Of a stretch of DNA of 64,000 nt, positions 26,935 to 42,926 are shown in pieces (the first letter of the stretch is position 1; every line of letters begins with the position of its first letter). The stretch comes from the human T2T-CHM13v2.0 reference genome, Homo sapiens. A program made the translations under genes and the position numbers. Below the pieces are notes generated by a model, which worked only from the letters and a program-made list of their open reading frames with translations, made no database searches and was not told where the DNA came from. The DNA lies in NCBI RefSeq assembly GCF_009914755.1, contig NC_060929.1. One strand, written 5' to 3'.

Positions 26935-27450
26935 GAGTGAGAGCTTCTCCCACTTTAATGTATATCTGAGTCACCCAGCATCCTGTTACTATTTGGATTC
27001 TGATTCAATAGGACTCGGATGCAGCTGAGATCCTGCATGAACAAGTGCCCAGGTGATGCCATGATGCTGGTTCCCAGGTCAAAATAATGGCAGTGACAGC
27101 AGAGCACAGCTAAATCCATGGACTCTGGGGTCAGATAGGCCTGAGTTCAAATCTTGGCTTCCTTATCCCACTGGCTGAATAATATTAGTTACTTAGCCTG
27201 TTTGAGATTCAGCTCTTTATCTGTAAAATAGGAATAACAGGCACGATTATTTGTTTATTCAATAAATATCTATTAACATCTTCTATGTGTCAGGCTTGTG
27301 CTAGGCCCTGGGGATGCAATGGTGAGACAAAGCAGACTCGGTTCCTGCTCTCGGGGATCTGATGGTCTTTGAGATGATGAATGTAAAGTATTTAGCACAG
27401 TGCCTGGTACCTGGTAAGAGCTCAACAAATGATACCTATTTTTATTAGTA
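26935..27450. mobile_element. MER5A-like element followed by a MIR with nested L2 fragment
   Basis: gattctgattcaatagg...cccaggtgatgcc; cctgagttcaaatcttggct...ctgtaaaatagg...tttagcacagtgcctgg. Confidence 0.65.
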
Positions 27451-28269
27451 GTAGCATAGTATCATCAATTTCAAGCACCCCGGGGAGAGAACTCTTCCGT
27501 TAAGCACCAACTTCCTGAAAGGAGTTCTGATTCATTCTGTAATAAAGGGAACACTGAGATGAAGAGTATATGGTCCCACCACTTGAGGAGCTCCTGGTTT
27601 CATGGAGAGATGTGTATTTAGCCCAGGTGTAGAACAAGTTAGATGTGGGGTTCACTCTGTTCACAGGCTTGATCCAGAACTACTGGCCTCCGTGTGCTTC
27701 TCAAAGCTGACCTTCCTTCTCTCTTGGTTGCCCTGCCCCCAACCTTTGTTTTTTGACTCTGCCTCCCATTTTTACCCTTTTCCTACACTTTGACTTGAAA
27801 AATGCTTTACCCCCTCAGTAATGACTATAACCCAGCTCCTGCTGGCTAGACAGCCTGTAGACCTCCCACCAAAGCTACGTATCACCCCCTAGGCCTCCCT
27901 ACCTTCCTGCCCACCAGGGTTATACAAATGGATCAATCTAGGCACCTGCTATGGAGCTCTGGAAGAAAATCACAAAGACTTGGAATGCTCTGCATTCCAT
28001 TGGAATTCTCAATACGCTGAGTATCAGGAGGTTGGAGATCATGGATGGTGTTGATAAGGAAAAGGTAGTGTGCTTTCAGGTGGGCTGGGCGTAGACATCT
28101 AGGTCTGGGCCCTCCTGTGCCCCATTCCTGGTACAGACTTCGCTACAGTGAGGCTCTAAGTCAAGGCCAGTGAGAAGGTGGGAAGGAGCAGGGAGCAACT
28201 ACAAGGAACAGCTAATGGAAGGAGACTCAGAGCCTTAATCTTCAAATCAACTGAAGCAAACCACAGAGA

Positions 28270-28870
28270 CTTATTGAAATTGTCACAAGCAGCACTGGGG
28301 CCTAGGGATGAAGTGAGGAGTGGGGCATAGTCCCTGCCCTCATGGAGTTTACCATCAAGCACAGAAAACCAACAATGGCAGGGCATGACAGCATAGCGTG
28401 GTGGGCACCGTCATGGCGGACAAACTGGAACCAGTGCAGCCCATCAACAGAGGCTTCCCAGGAAAAGCACTTCAGCTGACACCTGAAGAAGAAGGGTGAG
28501 GCCAAGGACGGTGAAGGGAAGGAGCATTCCAAGATGAATGTACAGCATTCAGAAGGCTGGACCGAGAGGACTGCTCCATGTGGTCACAGAGAGAGGTGTG
28601 AGACATGGACCTGTTGAGGGGGCCAAGGGCAAGCCGCAGAAGTCTAACCATTCCAAGTGTCCAACTTGGACACCTCCCCGAGGGCAATGGGGAGCCACTG
28701 AAGGTTCTGCAGTACAATTCAACACCAGTTATTAGTCTGCTTTTACAGATGGGAAACTGAGGCACCAAGGAGGGGTTAGGTAACTGGCCAGAGGTTACAC
28801 TATCAGAAAGTGCTAGGGCCAGGATTCCCTGCCATCTGAGTCCAGAGCCTACACTTTCCAGCACGTGGTT
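28270..28870 (-). mobile_element. L2 fragment plus MIR
   Basis: gtccctgccctcatggagttt...gggcaatggggagccactgaagg; tttacagatgggaaactgaggc. Confidence 0.7.
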
Positions 28871-30211
28871 AAGTGCACACACAGGTACAAATACACATAT
28901 ATTAAAAAAAAAAAATACAGCCATGGCACAGGGCTCAGCCAGAGGCCTTACAGGCAAACTCTATTTAAACCCATTTAACAAGGAGCCTCTTAATGATCTC
29001 ATTAGCCTGGACAGGGCCCTTAGGAAACTTGAGGCAAGGCCCTGCTTTAAATGGGGCTTCTTTGAAGTGGCCACCACCTGAAGCAGCCACCTGAGTGGCG
29101 GATAACAACGAGGGCCTGTGAGCCCTGCGCCCGCTTGGGCTGCAGCCACGGGGCCTCTAGCACAGCAAGACTTGGCCTCGGTGGGGCCCAGGATGCCTGT
29201 CGGGTTGCTGTTAGCTCACTCCCAGCCACCCTCTCTGCAGGCCCATTCAGATGGGCGATCTGGCTGGCCAGGCCACAATGAGGTCATGCGTCATGATGGC
29301 GGTGGCCAGAAGGAGACTGTGGCCTTCCCTAGGCCTCACCCTCTCATGTCTGGACTCCAAGCTCCCCTCGGCCTGGTCTGGCTCCTGATCAGGGATGCCT
29401 CATGGTTCTCCCTGATCCCAGGCTCTACCTCCACCCTGTCTATCCCCAGCTGCTCTCATCAGTCCTCTTGCTCCTAGATTGACACCCTTCCCTTCCAGCC
29501 ACCCAACCCTGATCTCTTCATGATCCCCTTAAGGGTGGGTGCCTGATCTTCCACATGAGCAGCTATGAGACCCCACCCAAACATCACCCCCAACCCCAGT
29601 CACCCTAGATGCCTACTGCTCTGGTCAGCCTGGGGCCTCTGGGCCCCCTCTCCCTCTGCCTGGGGGAGAGTCAGCATCCCAGCAGGGCCAGCCCACACAG
29701 CTCCCAAGCTGCCCCAGAAAACGACTGGGGGTAACTGACCTTCTGAGGAATATGCACCTGGCCAATTGTCCCACCACGGGGTTGCAAAACCCAGACAGGC
29801 AGAAGGAACCGATTCACCTTTCCAGAACTGCATGAGGAGGCCCTCCCAGCAGGCTGTGGCTGCCGCCCTGCCTATTAATAGTCAAGCAGCTGTTTGCCTC
29901 TCTGAATGAGAGTCTTTATTGCAAGCTGCGTTGACAAAACAGATCCTGCTCCTTCCTGCCCAGAATATGTGGGGGTGGAGGGGCCATAGTGAGATGTGCC
30001 TTCCTTCCAGGGACATTGAGAAGATCAGCACTGGGACAGACCTTAGCAGAGACCCCTTGAAAATCAGGGCCAAGCTCATTCTCACCACCTCCTCAGCCCC
30101 TCACTCACTCCTCTGCTCATGTTCCCAGTTTCAGCCAGCAGCTGCACTGTTCCTGGGTACTTTCACAACATTCTCGTCTCTCCTTTGTACCACCCCAATC
30201 TAGAAGCCTCA

Positions 30212-30520
<309 letters not shown>

Positions 30521-31126
30521 TTAAGGCCTTTTCTGACATCTGGCCTCACCTCCCATGCCCCACCCCCTCAATCAGCTGAGTATGTGACTTGACATTCTCT
30601 CCCTTAGCTCCTGGCCTTTGCACATGCCATTTTCTCTGCCCGATGCTCCATTTCCCCAGATCTTCATGTGATTGATGATCCCTTAAGTCATGGCTTGGAA
30701 GAGACCACACTAGGAAGGCTTGTCTCCCAAAACCAACCTCAGTGTGCCTCCATGCTCTGCTGAACTTACTTCCTTACCTGAAGTTCTTTCTGGGAGGGTA
30801 GAGGTGCGGCCTTTTTCTTCCCTTACTTTCCTCTACCAGCTCCCAAGACACTGACACTGAGATGAATCAAAGAAAGATACATGAATGCTTCCATCTCCTT
30901 CCCGAAGCCCCCACACTCTGACCAGTCAGCAAGTCCTGTTCATTCAACCTGGTGAAGAACGAGAGATCTGGAAATAGGTTGCCTGGGTTTGAATCATGGC
31001 TCTGCCACTTATCAGTTGAGGGACGCTTGAGTAAGTCATTAACCTTGCAAAGCCTGTTTCCTTACCTGTAAAATGGAGCCAATCATAGTTCCTGCTTCCT
31101 AAGGTTATTGTAAGAAGTCAAGGGAT

Positions 31127-31426
31127 GGCTGGGCGCAGTGCTTCATGCCTGTAATCCCAGCACTTTGGGAGGCCGAGGAGGATGGATCACTTGACGTCAG
31201 GAGCTCAAGACCAGTCTGGCCAATATGGTGAAACCTCATCTTTACTAAAAATAAAAAAATTGGCTGGGTGTGGTGGCATGCTCCTGTAATCCCAGCTACT
31301 CAGGAGGCTGAAGCAGGAGAATTGCTTGAACCCAGGAGGCAGAGGTTGCAATGAGCTGAGATTGCGTCACTGAACTCCAGCCTGGGCAACAGAGCAAGAC
31401 TCCATCTCAAAAAAAAAAAAAAAAAA
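31127..31426 (+). mobile_element. Alu (AluS-type) inserted into a MIR (30960-31500)
   Basis: Full Alu with A-tail; MIR sequence on both sides. Confidence 0.95.
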
Positions 31427-32464
31427 CCGTCAAGAGGCAATGCTTATAAAATGCCTAGCCCAGCATCTGTCACAATCAGTAAATGTTAGCTGCATAAATA
31501 ATTTTACTCAATGTTTCAACCTGACCACAGAAACTTCCCCTATCCATGCCTCCTCCACCCCCATTTAACCATCATCCACAGTGGTGAATGTCACAAAGCA
31601 CATGCTGTCAGAAATGCCTGTGTAGCTAACAGTCGTGCCATTGAACAAGTGAGGCACGTGGGGCCAGAAGGAACACAGGACAGAGCCATGAGCCTACATA
31701 TTAGACCTGATGGCTTGGCCACATTGCTGCATCTCGGCCTAAGGAGCTAAGCTTGTGGCTGCCTGTGGGTCCAACAGCCTGCAGTGTCAGGTCTCCCAGG
31801 AAAGGACCAGGTACCAGGGAGCCACTGGCTTCACATTAGAGCAGGCTGGCACAAGTTTTGGTTCCCATGGACCCTCAGGGTAGCCTAAGGCACGCTTAGG
31901 TCAGGAGTTAATGGAGTTTGGCTCCTCCTCTGCTTGATGGGTGCCTGGAGGTGAGGGCTGTGTAAAGGAAGAAGATGTGCATTTAAGCCTTGGTGCTGAT
32001 GCTCTTTGCCTGCTGGAGGTTGGCTGGCTGCTCCTGCTCCCTTGCGCTCCAGAGCCTCTTAAATTGTCTTCAGAGAGGGAACACTAATCCCTGACTGGTG
32101 CAGGACTTTTCAGTCCCCAAAACACATCGATTTTCATAATCTCACTTGATCCCTTAACTGCCCTCCCTGTGAGCAGACTAAGCCTCTCCTCAACTTGGCC
32201 AATTCTAAATGTGAAGGTCAGAAAACACAATGCGCCTTGCCTAAGGCCACAGAGTTATGGTGTGGTCATCCTGAGGCTGGAACCCAGGTATCCTTGCTCC
32301 CTGTCCTGTGCTCTTACCGCTCTACCTGGCTGCTGTCCAAGGCATTTAGTGGAATGTTCACTGTGGTGTGAGGGAACCAGGCTCCCCTTTTTTTTAATTC
32401 AATATTATTGAGCACCTATTAACTGTTAGCCATTGTATTAGGGATAAAATTACAGGCCTTTGTG

Positions 32465-32510
32465 GTGTGTGTGTGTGTGTGTGTGTGTGTGTCTGTGTGT
32501 GTGTGTGTGT
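32465..32510 (+). repeat. (GT)n microsatellite with one interruption
   Basis: Read directly. Confidence 0.95.
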
Positions 32511-32589
32511 TAATGGCTTTATTAAGGTGTAGTTGATAAACAAAAACTGCACATATTTAATATATATAGGACCCAGGACTTTCAAGCAA

Positions 32590-33300
32590 ACAGCTCTAGG
32601 CCCATAAACATATGAAAAGATATTCAACCTTATTAGAATTCAGAGAGATGCAAATTGAGACCATTATGACATCCTTTTACACCCACTGGATTGGCAAGTA
32701 ATTAAAGAGCCTGACAATACCAAGTGTTGGCAAGGATGTGGATCAACCAGATGCTTATACACTGCTGGGAGGAATGTCTATGGGAATAAGTGACTTGGAA
32801 AATCATTCCAGTATGATCTTGTAAAGCTGATCGATCACTTTCCCTGCAGTCTCACAGTTCCCCTCCTAGGCAACATATACTCCCAAGCACATACACACCC
32901 ATGCTTACCATTGTGAACACACTGGTTGATAGAATCTTGAAATTCTTCCATGCCAGTTGGTAAATAGCTACTATTCCAAGTCTCCCCCACCCATTTACCT
33001 GTGACCACCTGTGATCCAGCTGCCCCCAGCCTTTCCTTTAGGTATCCACCCAAACTCCCCATGATCCAACAACTAAAATGTTAATACCCCATAGACTACC
33101 CCCAGGACCACATTCCAGCTCCACAGCGTCCATTCTGATTGCTCAGTGCCCTCACCTCTCCAGTTGTTTATTTTTATTGTGTCCACCCTAGAGAAACCCT
33201 TGCTCACATGCACCAAGAGAAATGCACAAGGTTATTCGTAGAATCAATCTTCTTAATAGAAACAACAATAACCACAACAACCACAATAACCAAACAACTA
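32590..33300 (+). mobile_element. Old L1M ORF2/3' fragments
   Basis: aaacatatgaaaagatattcaacc...ctgacaataccaagtgttggcaaggatgtgga...cctagagaaaccctt. Confidence 0.7.
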
Positions 33301-33303
33301 TAA

Positions 33304-33659
<356 letters not shown>

Positions 33660-34208
33660 GAGATAGGCTCATTTTCTAGTGGGATCCAAGCCCAGGCAGA
33701 TGGTCATGCTCACTCTGTGCCTTAGGGTTGTATCTTATTTACCATTCAAGGTAGCAGTTAGCATTCTTAATCCCATTTTACAGGTAAGGAAACTGAAACG
33801 TAGAGAAGTACTATAACTTGCCCAACGTCATACATCGTAGAGCTGGGGTTTGAGCCCATGTCTTTGTGATTTCAAAGTCCAAACTCTTCTTCACTAGTAG
33901 GGGCACATTACCATAGGTGGGAGTTCTTGGCATGTGGGCCTTTTTCACTTGGGATCCCCAGCAACTGGCACAGAGCCTGACACAGAGGAAGACGCTCAGT
34001 GAACAGACTGATACAGCAAAGCAGTCAGTCGATCCACTGTGACTGACTTCAGCCTCTGCACTGAGCCTCACTTCCTACTTACCTCCCTGATTCCTGAAAT
34101 CCAGGCCAGAAGACCATTTTGCCCTGAGATCCCTTGTTTCCTGATCTCCTGATTTTGAACCTGGACTTGCAAGATACATCTTCTCTGAGACCACTCCAAA
34201 TATTTTAA

Positions 34209-34575
<367 letters not shown>

Positions 34576-35562
34576 TTATTCTTTAAATATTGATTGCACA
34601 CCCATATGTGCAAGGCACCGAGCTGAGCTTGGGAGAAACAGCAGTAGCCACACAAAGTCCCTGCTTTCTGGAACTCTCAGCCTGCCCTGGGTGCCCCCAA
34701 CCTTGAAACACATTCCTCAGAGCAGCTGGGTGCTGACATGAAGCCCACACGCCTGGCTCAGTGGCCCTTCAACCCAGCAAAACAGCAAATCCAGGAGGCT
34801 GACACTGAAGTACCTGGGTGTTTTGTCCCCACATGCCTCCTGTCTGACCTTCTGCCTGAGGAAAGAGTTTGTTTTTGCTCCAGGAAGAGAGGTATAGCTG
34901 TGGGAAATTCAATGTGCTTATTTATTTGTTTGGCTTCCCTAATTTAATCTTCTCAACAAATAAAAATAAAGATAGCATGTTTGCCCAAATAGCAAAAGGC
35001 CCCACCTGAGATGTTATTACGCTTTCCAGAATTAGTCACACCATTACTGCTAGTGGCCAACGTGCCCAGGGCAACTGAGGGTTAGAAGCCCAAGCTCCCA
35101 GCCCAGCTCTGCCGATGATGGTTTGATAACAGAGATGTCATTTCACCTCTTCAAGTCTTGTTTCCCTCCTTTATAAGATGAAATGCTTGATGCTTACAAA
35201 GTCAGAACTTTCACATTCACTACCTCATTTTGTGTTCTTAATATGCTGTGAAGAAGGCATTTTGATCCTATTTTACTGGTGGAAAAATTAAAGCAGAAGA
35301 GACAGAAGAGTCCAAGTGACCCAATTGATAAGAAGAGGCAGAGACAGGAGCCGAATCCAAGCTTCCAACTCTTGCCTGGGGTCCTTTTGTCCTCACCAGG
35401 GTTTCTCATACTTGAGTAACATACAGATGCCTCCAAAATAATTCTCACTGGCCCAAGAATATGCCCAGAAATCTTAGGAGTCTGCAGACACAAATTTAAG
35501 AACCTTCTAAGTTTGATTTACAGCAAAATCTTGGTTTATTCAGGTGGCTGTAAAGTCATTGA

Positions 35563-36295
<733 letters not shown>

Positions 36296-36786
36296 TGAAA
36301 TGAAAATTAAAAATCAAACTCTTGAAGAACTTGTCGGAACCGTCCCCTTTCCCATTCTGAGATTCTGTCAGGCTGCCTCCACATTGCCTGAAAACCCGTC
36401 CCTGTTCTAACATTCTTTGAGTTTCCCTGGTAACCATCTGCTGGTGGAAATGACAATTAAGCTGTTCAGCTGCCTGGTTCACTTAGTTCCCCCATTATGG
36501 CTCTGTGCCAGGGTCAAGAAGGCCTGAATTTACCCACCTGCAGCAATGGGCCAAAGGAGAGAGATCCTCTCAGGGACAGGATGAGTCTCAAAACACAGAG
36601 TAGAAAAAGCCTGCACCTGGACGGACATTGTTCATCCTTCCACCACCTCATCCACTAATGCATCCGTTCTGCATTCACTCTCGCCTGTTACATTCCAGGT
36701 CCACATTTGTGGGAGAGAAGATGGGGTGAAAAAATAAGCAAGGTTTACCTTGGTGTATATAATGTACTACTATCAATATTGTGTGC

Positions 36787-36790
<4 letters not shown>

Positions 36791-36834
<44 letters not shown>
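36791..36834 (+). repeat. Perfect (GT)22 microsatellite
   Basis: Read directly. Confidence 0.97.
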
Positions 36835-36837
<3 letters not shown>

Positions 36838-38049
36838 CAGTCATATCTAAGCCCTGGTAATATTGCATCCTCCTGGGAAGAGAACCGAGAAGCTGGGGAA
36901 CAGAGGATGGGAGCCCAGGAGATTTACTTTTCTCGGTACCCTTTGCATACCTTTACACGTTTGCATCATGTGTATACATCATCTTCTCCAAAAACAGGTT
37001 TCAGTTTTTGAACTACATTCTCCACTGGAATCCAGTGCTCTGGCCGTGTGAGCAGGCTGACCTTTCAGAGGTGGTGATGGTGGGGTGACTCGCGGTCAGT
37101 AAGTGGGACGAAGAAGGAGGCATCATCCAGACCTATTTGCCATGGGTTCTATGGCCTTGTCCAAGAGGCTGCTGGACCCAGAGGCCTCTGCCCACCTCCC
37201 CTCCAAACCTGTTCCTGTGTATGCTGTGCCCAGGATTGAACTGCTCAGAGGTGATGGGGTAGCCCCCTGCCATGGCCTCAAGAGACCTGTTTGTGTGGGC
37301 TGGCACGTGGTCACATATGAGTGAGAGTCACCAGGCACGTGTGTCCTTTTCTTTCCCCAGACAAATATTCTCTTGGAGCCCTCAGATGCCCTCCCCACCC
37401 TGCTGCGAGGGTGACTGGGCAGCTTTGAGTGGCCATGGTGTATGGAGGCCATGGGATACATCCTCCGTCCTCTTCCGGTTTTCTTGAGACATCACGTATG
37501 CCACTTCCATAAGTTCCTGCTTCCAGAGTCACCAAGCATGGCCCCAGGAACAGCTCAGAACCCAGGGCCATGGGTGGGAGGGAAAAGGAGGGAGACTGGT
37601 GTCTCATGTCTCGCATGTCCCAGCTCCTCCAGAGACTCAGCTCCACTTGCAGATGCAAAGTTAGATTTGAAGAGACTGTAATCTTGGGGCCAGGCAAGAT
37701 TAGGACATTCACACTGGATGGCTCTCAGGGAGCAGCGTCTTCTGAGGCTTTTCTCAGTGAGTCCTCCCTCTCCCTGGGGGATTTCAAGACTTCCCACTGT
37801 GCCTTGACCTGCTTCCTCCAGCCTCATAACACCCCTGAGAGCTCAAGACAGTTCTCTTCCCTATTTTACAAGTAAAGAAGCTGAAACCCAAAGGTAAAAT
37901 GACTTATCCCCAAGTTCACCAGCCTATAAATCACTCAGCCTGAATTTCAACCCAAGTGGGCCCTGCTCTAAAGCCCGTGCTAACATTCCACCTGAGGTCA
38001 AGGCCTCCTGAGGAGGGTGCCACACCAAGAAATGGCCTCAGCTTGCTGC

Positions 38050-38950
38050 GGATTGTAGAACCCCAAACAATAGAGGAAGACATTGACGCAGTTCATTATA
38101 TTCAAACCTAAAGCCTTTGTGCATCGCAAGACTGCATACATAAAGTGAAAAAATAATTCACAGACTAACAAAAGACAGTCGCAGCAGACCACAAGATTAG
38201 AGCTCCTGCAAATCAATAAGAAAGACACGAACAGCACCATGGAAACACGGACAGGGGGTACAAGAGGCGATCCACAGAAGAGGAAATCCAAACCACTAGC
38301 ACAATTATGAAAACGGTTTAACTCCACTCTTCAGAGAAATAGAACTTAAAAACAAGAACGAGAGACATTTGGCCCCCATCAGAGTGATAAACATCCCAAA
38401 GTCTGACTATTGCCAGGTCAAGTCTGGATGTGGAGCCACAGAAACTGACCCTTTCAGATACAGTCAGGCAATGGCAGGGAGCCCCAAGATACTCACACAC
38501 CCGGCCATTCTTCCCCAGGCACATGCAAGACACGCATGAGGATGGTCACGGCAGTGCGGTTTTTATTATGGAAAATTGGACATCATTCAAATGCCCATCA
38601 ACAGGAGAATGGATTGATAAACTGTAGTACATGCCCCTACAATGAAATTGATTGAATAGTGGATATGTGTATACTGGTGCTCTGCACATCAAATGTGGAT
38701 AAATTTCAAACACAATGTTGAATGAAAACAAGCAAGTTGCAGAAGGCTATGCACAATATTATGTCATTTACAAAGAGTTTAAAGCTACAAAGCAACACTT
38801 TCTATGTTTTATGAATGAATACATGTATAGCATGTATACATAAACATGTGCAGGAACAACTCATGCCAACTTCCGGGAATGGGCTGGTGACTATCTCTGG
38901 GCAAAGGGAAGGGAAATGAACTGAGATGCTCTTATGTATTTGAAATGTCT
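38050..38950 (+). mobile_element. Old L1M(E) ORF2 end and 3' UTR fragment
   Basis: gagctcctgcaaatcaataagaaa...aaatgcccatcaacaggagaatggat...acaatgttgaatgaaaacaagcaagttgcagaag. Confidence 0.75.
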
Positions 38951-38964
38951 TTTTTCACAATCTA

Positions 38965-39583
<619 letters not shown>

Positions 39584-40787
39584 TCATGGGAACATGGAAC
39601 TGTATGTGTGTGTCCCTGCATTTTTCACATGCCAAATATCTTAGTTATTAAAAATCAGGGAGCTGGACAGTTGCCCTAAGGTCAATTGTCTTCCAGGTCA
39701 CTGATTACTGTTTGAGAGTTTCATCTGGAATTAACTTCCCATTCATTGGCCCTAATTCTCTTCCTTAAGGATCCCATGTGAAAATCCAATGGCTAATGGC
39801 ATGCATGCGGACTAGCTCCTGCCCTCAGCAGGCTGACTGTTCAGGCTGGCAACTGTGAGAGGAGGCCGCGTCTCCCAGCCACCCCCTCCATTGGCATCTC
39901 CCTCCACCTTCTCCCACCACCATCCCTCGCCACCCGTCTGGCCTTCTCAGCAGATGGTAGCTCATACAGCCTGTTTTCTTCTGTAGAAAGTCCTTGACAA
40001 GCCCAGAGGGAGGCTCAAAGAAACCCCACCACTTTTTCAGCGGAGTTGTCTTTGCTAACCATGGACTAGGCTCAACAAGGGACACTCAGTGGGAAGAACT
40101 GAGCTGGGAGTCAGGACAACTGCTCTTGACTTGCTGGGTGACTTTGAGTAAGTGACACAACCTCTCTGAATCTCGACAGGTACACTGAGGGAGGTGTGCA
40201 CTTCGAAACCTTGAAGCCTCAGAATCCACTAGAGAGATTTTAAAAGCCCAGATGTGGGGGTCCCAAAATGGGAGTTGCTTGATGTGAGGCCTTGGAATTG
40301 TATTTCCATTGACTAGCCGGGTGATTCCACTGCACAGCTAAGCTTAGGAATCATTAGACAATCGTGGCAGGTTGGACATTCAGATATGTGAGCAAACTCT
40401 GTCCACATCGCCTATTTTCTCTCCCCACCCCCAGTGCCTTCCTGCATCCTTGTTAATCATCATCACCCTGAATAGTTTATGCCAAGCAGGGTGCTGGGTG
40501 AGAATGAGGGAGCAGATGAGCTTCCAGAATGAGGCCCCTTTCAGCCTCCCACTCCTTAGTAACCGCAGAGAAGCTGAGAAAGAAGGTGGGAGGGGGAGCC
40601 AGCCCTCGTACCCTCCACAGGTGGAGGAGGGTCTGGGGGGCAGGGGCACAGGGCCCATCTGCTGAGTTCCTGACCCTCTGCCCAAGGCCCAGCCTTCCAG
40701 CCCTGGAGCAGCTCCTTCTCCCTGTCTCCACCCCTACCAAAGGCAGGAGTCTGCAAATCACAGCATTCTAGAACATCAAAGCAGACT

Positions 40788-41060
40788 AATGTTTTCCCGA
40801 TTGCAGCCATTCACTGCTGTCTTACCACCTGTATATTATTTAATTGGTACTTTCTTTTACATTGACTCACTGTTTTTTACTTGAATGCCTACTTTAGCCC
40901 CATTCTAAGCAATAATATCTGCGAAATAACAGGTTTGATGTGCTAGTTATTTTTTGTCTAATACACATTAAAATAAATACATAATGATTTCCATTTTAAA
41001 ATGTCCATCTTTTTATCTCTTGAAGTCACTTTGTGCATCACCACACTTTCAGAAACACTG
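40788..41060 (+). mobile_element. hAT-Charlie-like non-autonomous element
   Basis: aatgttttccc...taccacctgtatattattt...cacactttcagaaacactg (TIR-like ends). Confidence 0.55.
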
Positions 41061-42411
41061 AGCTAGTCCAACCCTGCCTTTGCACAGAGATGCAAACTGA
41101 GGCCCACGGAGGGGTGGAGCTAGCCAAAGGTCCTGCCACTGGGGTGGAACCTGATATCCACAGGTGGCCACACTGGGCAGGCCCCAGGCACTCTGGTGAC
41201 CTTGACCTTTTGAGAGAACTTTCTTTGGTTGTGCACTGCCCTCTCCTGGCTGGTTCTTCTGCAACACATGACCTCCGGGAGGAAGCAGCCAGGGGTGGAG
41301 GCAGGGCCACCTTGTTGCAGAACACAGATGACTGACTGCCCAGGGTTGGAAGGCTGGGCAGTCAGGGAAGGCACCATTGCAGAGGCGGCCTTTGCACTTG
41401 GCTTTGAAACATAAATAGGAAACAGTCAAACTTCAAAGAGCAAAAAGGCAGTTCTGTCCAAATGGTGTGAAGGGAGTGAGATGTTCTGAGGACAGAGAGT
41501 ACTCAAGATTTAGCTGCTGGTTTGGATGATAGGAGACACACCAGAGAACAGACTGGGATGGGCTTTGAATGCCTAAGAAGAAGCTGTGACTTGAGCCTGT
41601 GGTCAGCGGTTAAGCTAGGGGAGGTTTAATGAGCAGGGAAGTGATGTGATGCCAAGTGCAGCGTGGAGAGTGGACAGGAAAGGACAAGGCAGGGGCAGCG
41701 CAGAGGGAAGAGGATGTGGCAATGGCCCAGGGAAAGGTAGACAGGTAGTTCCCTCTGCCTCTAACCTGCTGGGGTCCTTGTCGAGTCACTTCCTGTCACT
41801 GGGCCTGTTTCCTTATCAGCAAGAGGAGTGAGCTGGGCTAGATGCTCTCCAAGGACCCTTCTAGCTCTGAGAAATAAAACCACAAAAATAAGAAATTATG
41901 CTGATGAGGCTATGAATTGCTACAACCCTTTTGGCAGTTAATTGGGCTTTAGCTATTAAAATAAAACTCATGCATCCCCTCTGGTCCACTTGCAATTACA
42001 TCATACAGAATTAAAGCTCCAGTCTGCAAGGATGTATTTACTAGGATATTTAGAGCAACACTACTCTATTAGCCAAAAAACTAGAGGCGAATAACCTGTA
42101 TCATATCATCTCCCATCTCTGTCTGTTGATGGCCCTACTGAGGGACTGGTTATGAGCCCTCTGGCAGCTGGAGCCTGTCTTGAGCCTCAGTTTCCTCATC
42201 TACAACCATTTGACATGCTTTATAGGATGTTGTGAGGTTTTGATTGGTTAGTGTTAGAGCCTGGAAGCACAGCTCCAGCTCACTGCACACACTCAACAAA
42301 TGATAGCTGTTACTATTACTCAAAAGAGTGTGGCAGATCCCAGCATCTAGAGAAATAGCTCTGCTGTATTGTTATTAGGTGAAAAAAGAGAGTTGCAGAG
42401 TTGAGTGTTTA

Positions 42412-42926
<515 letters not shown>

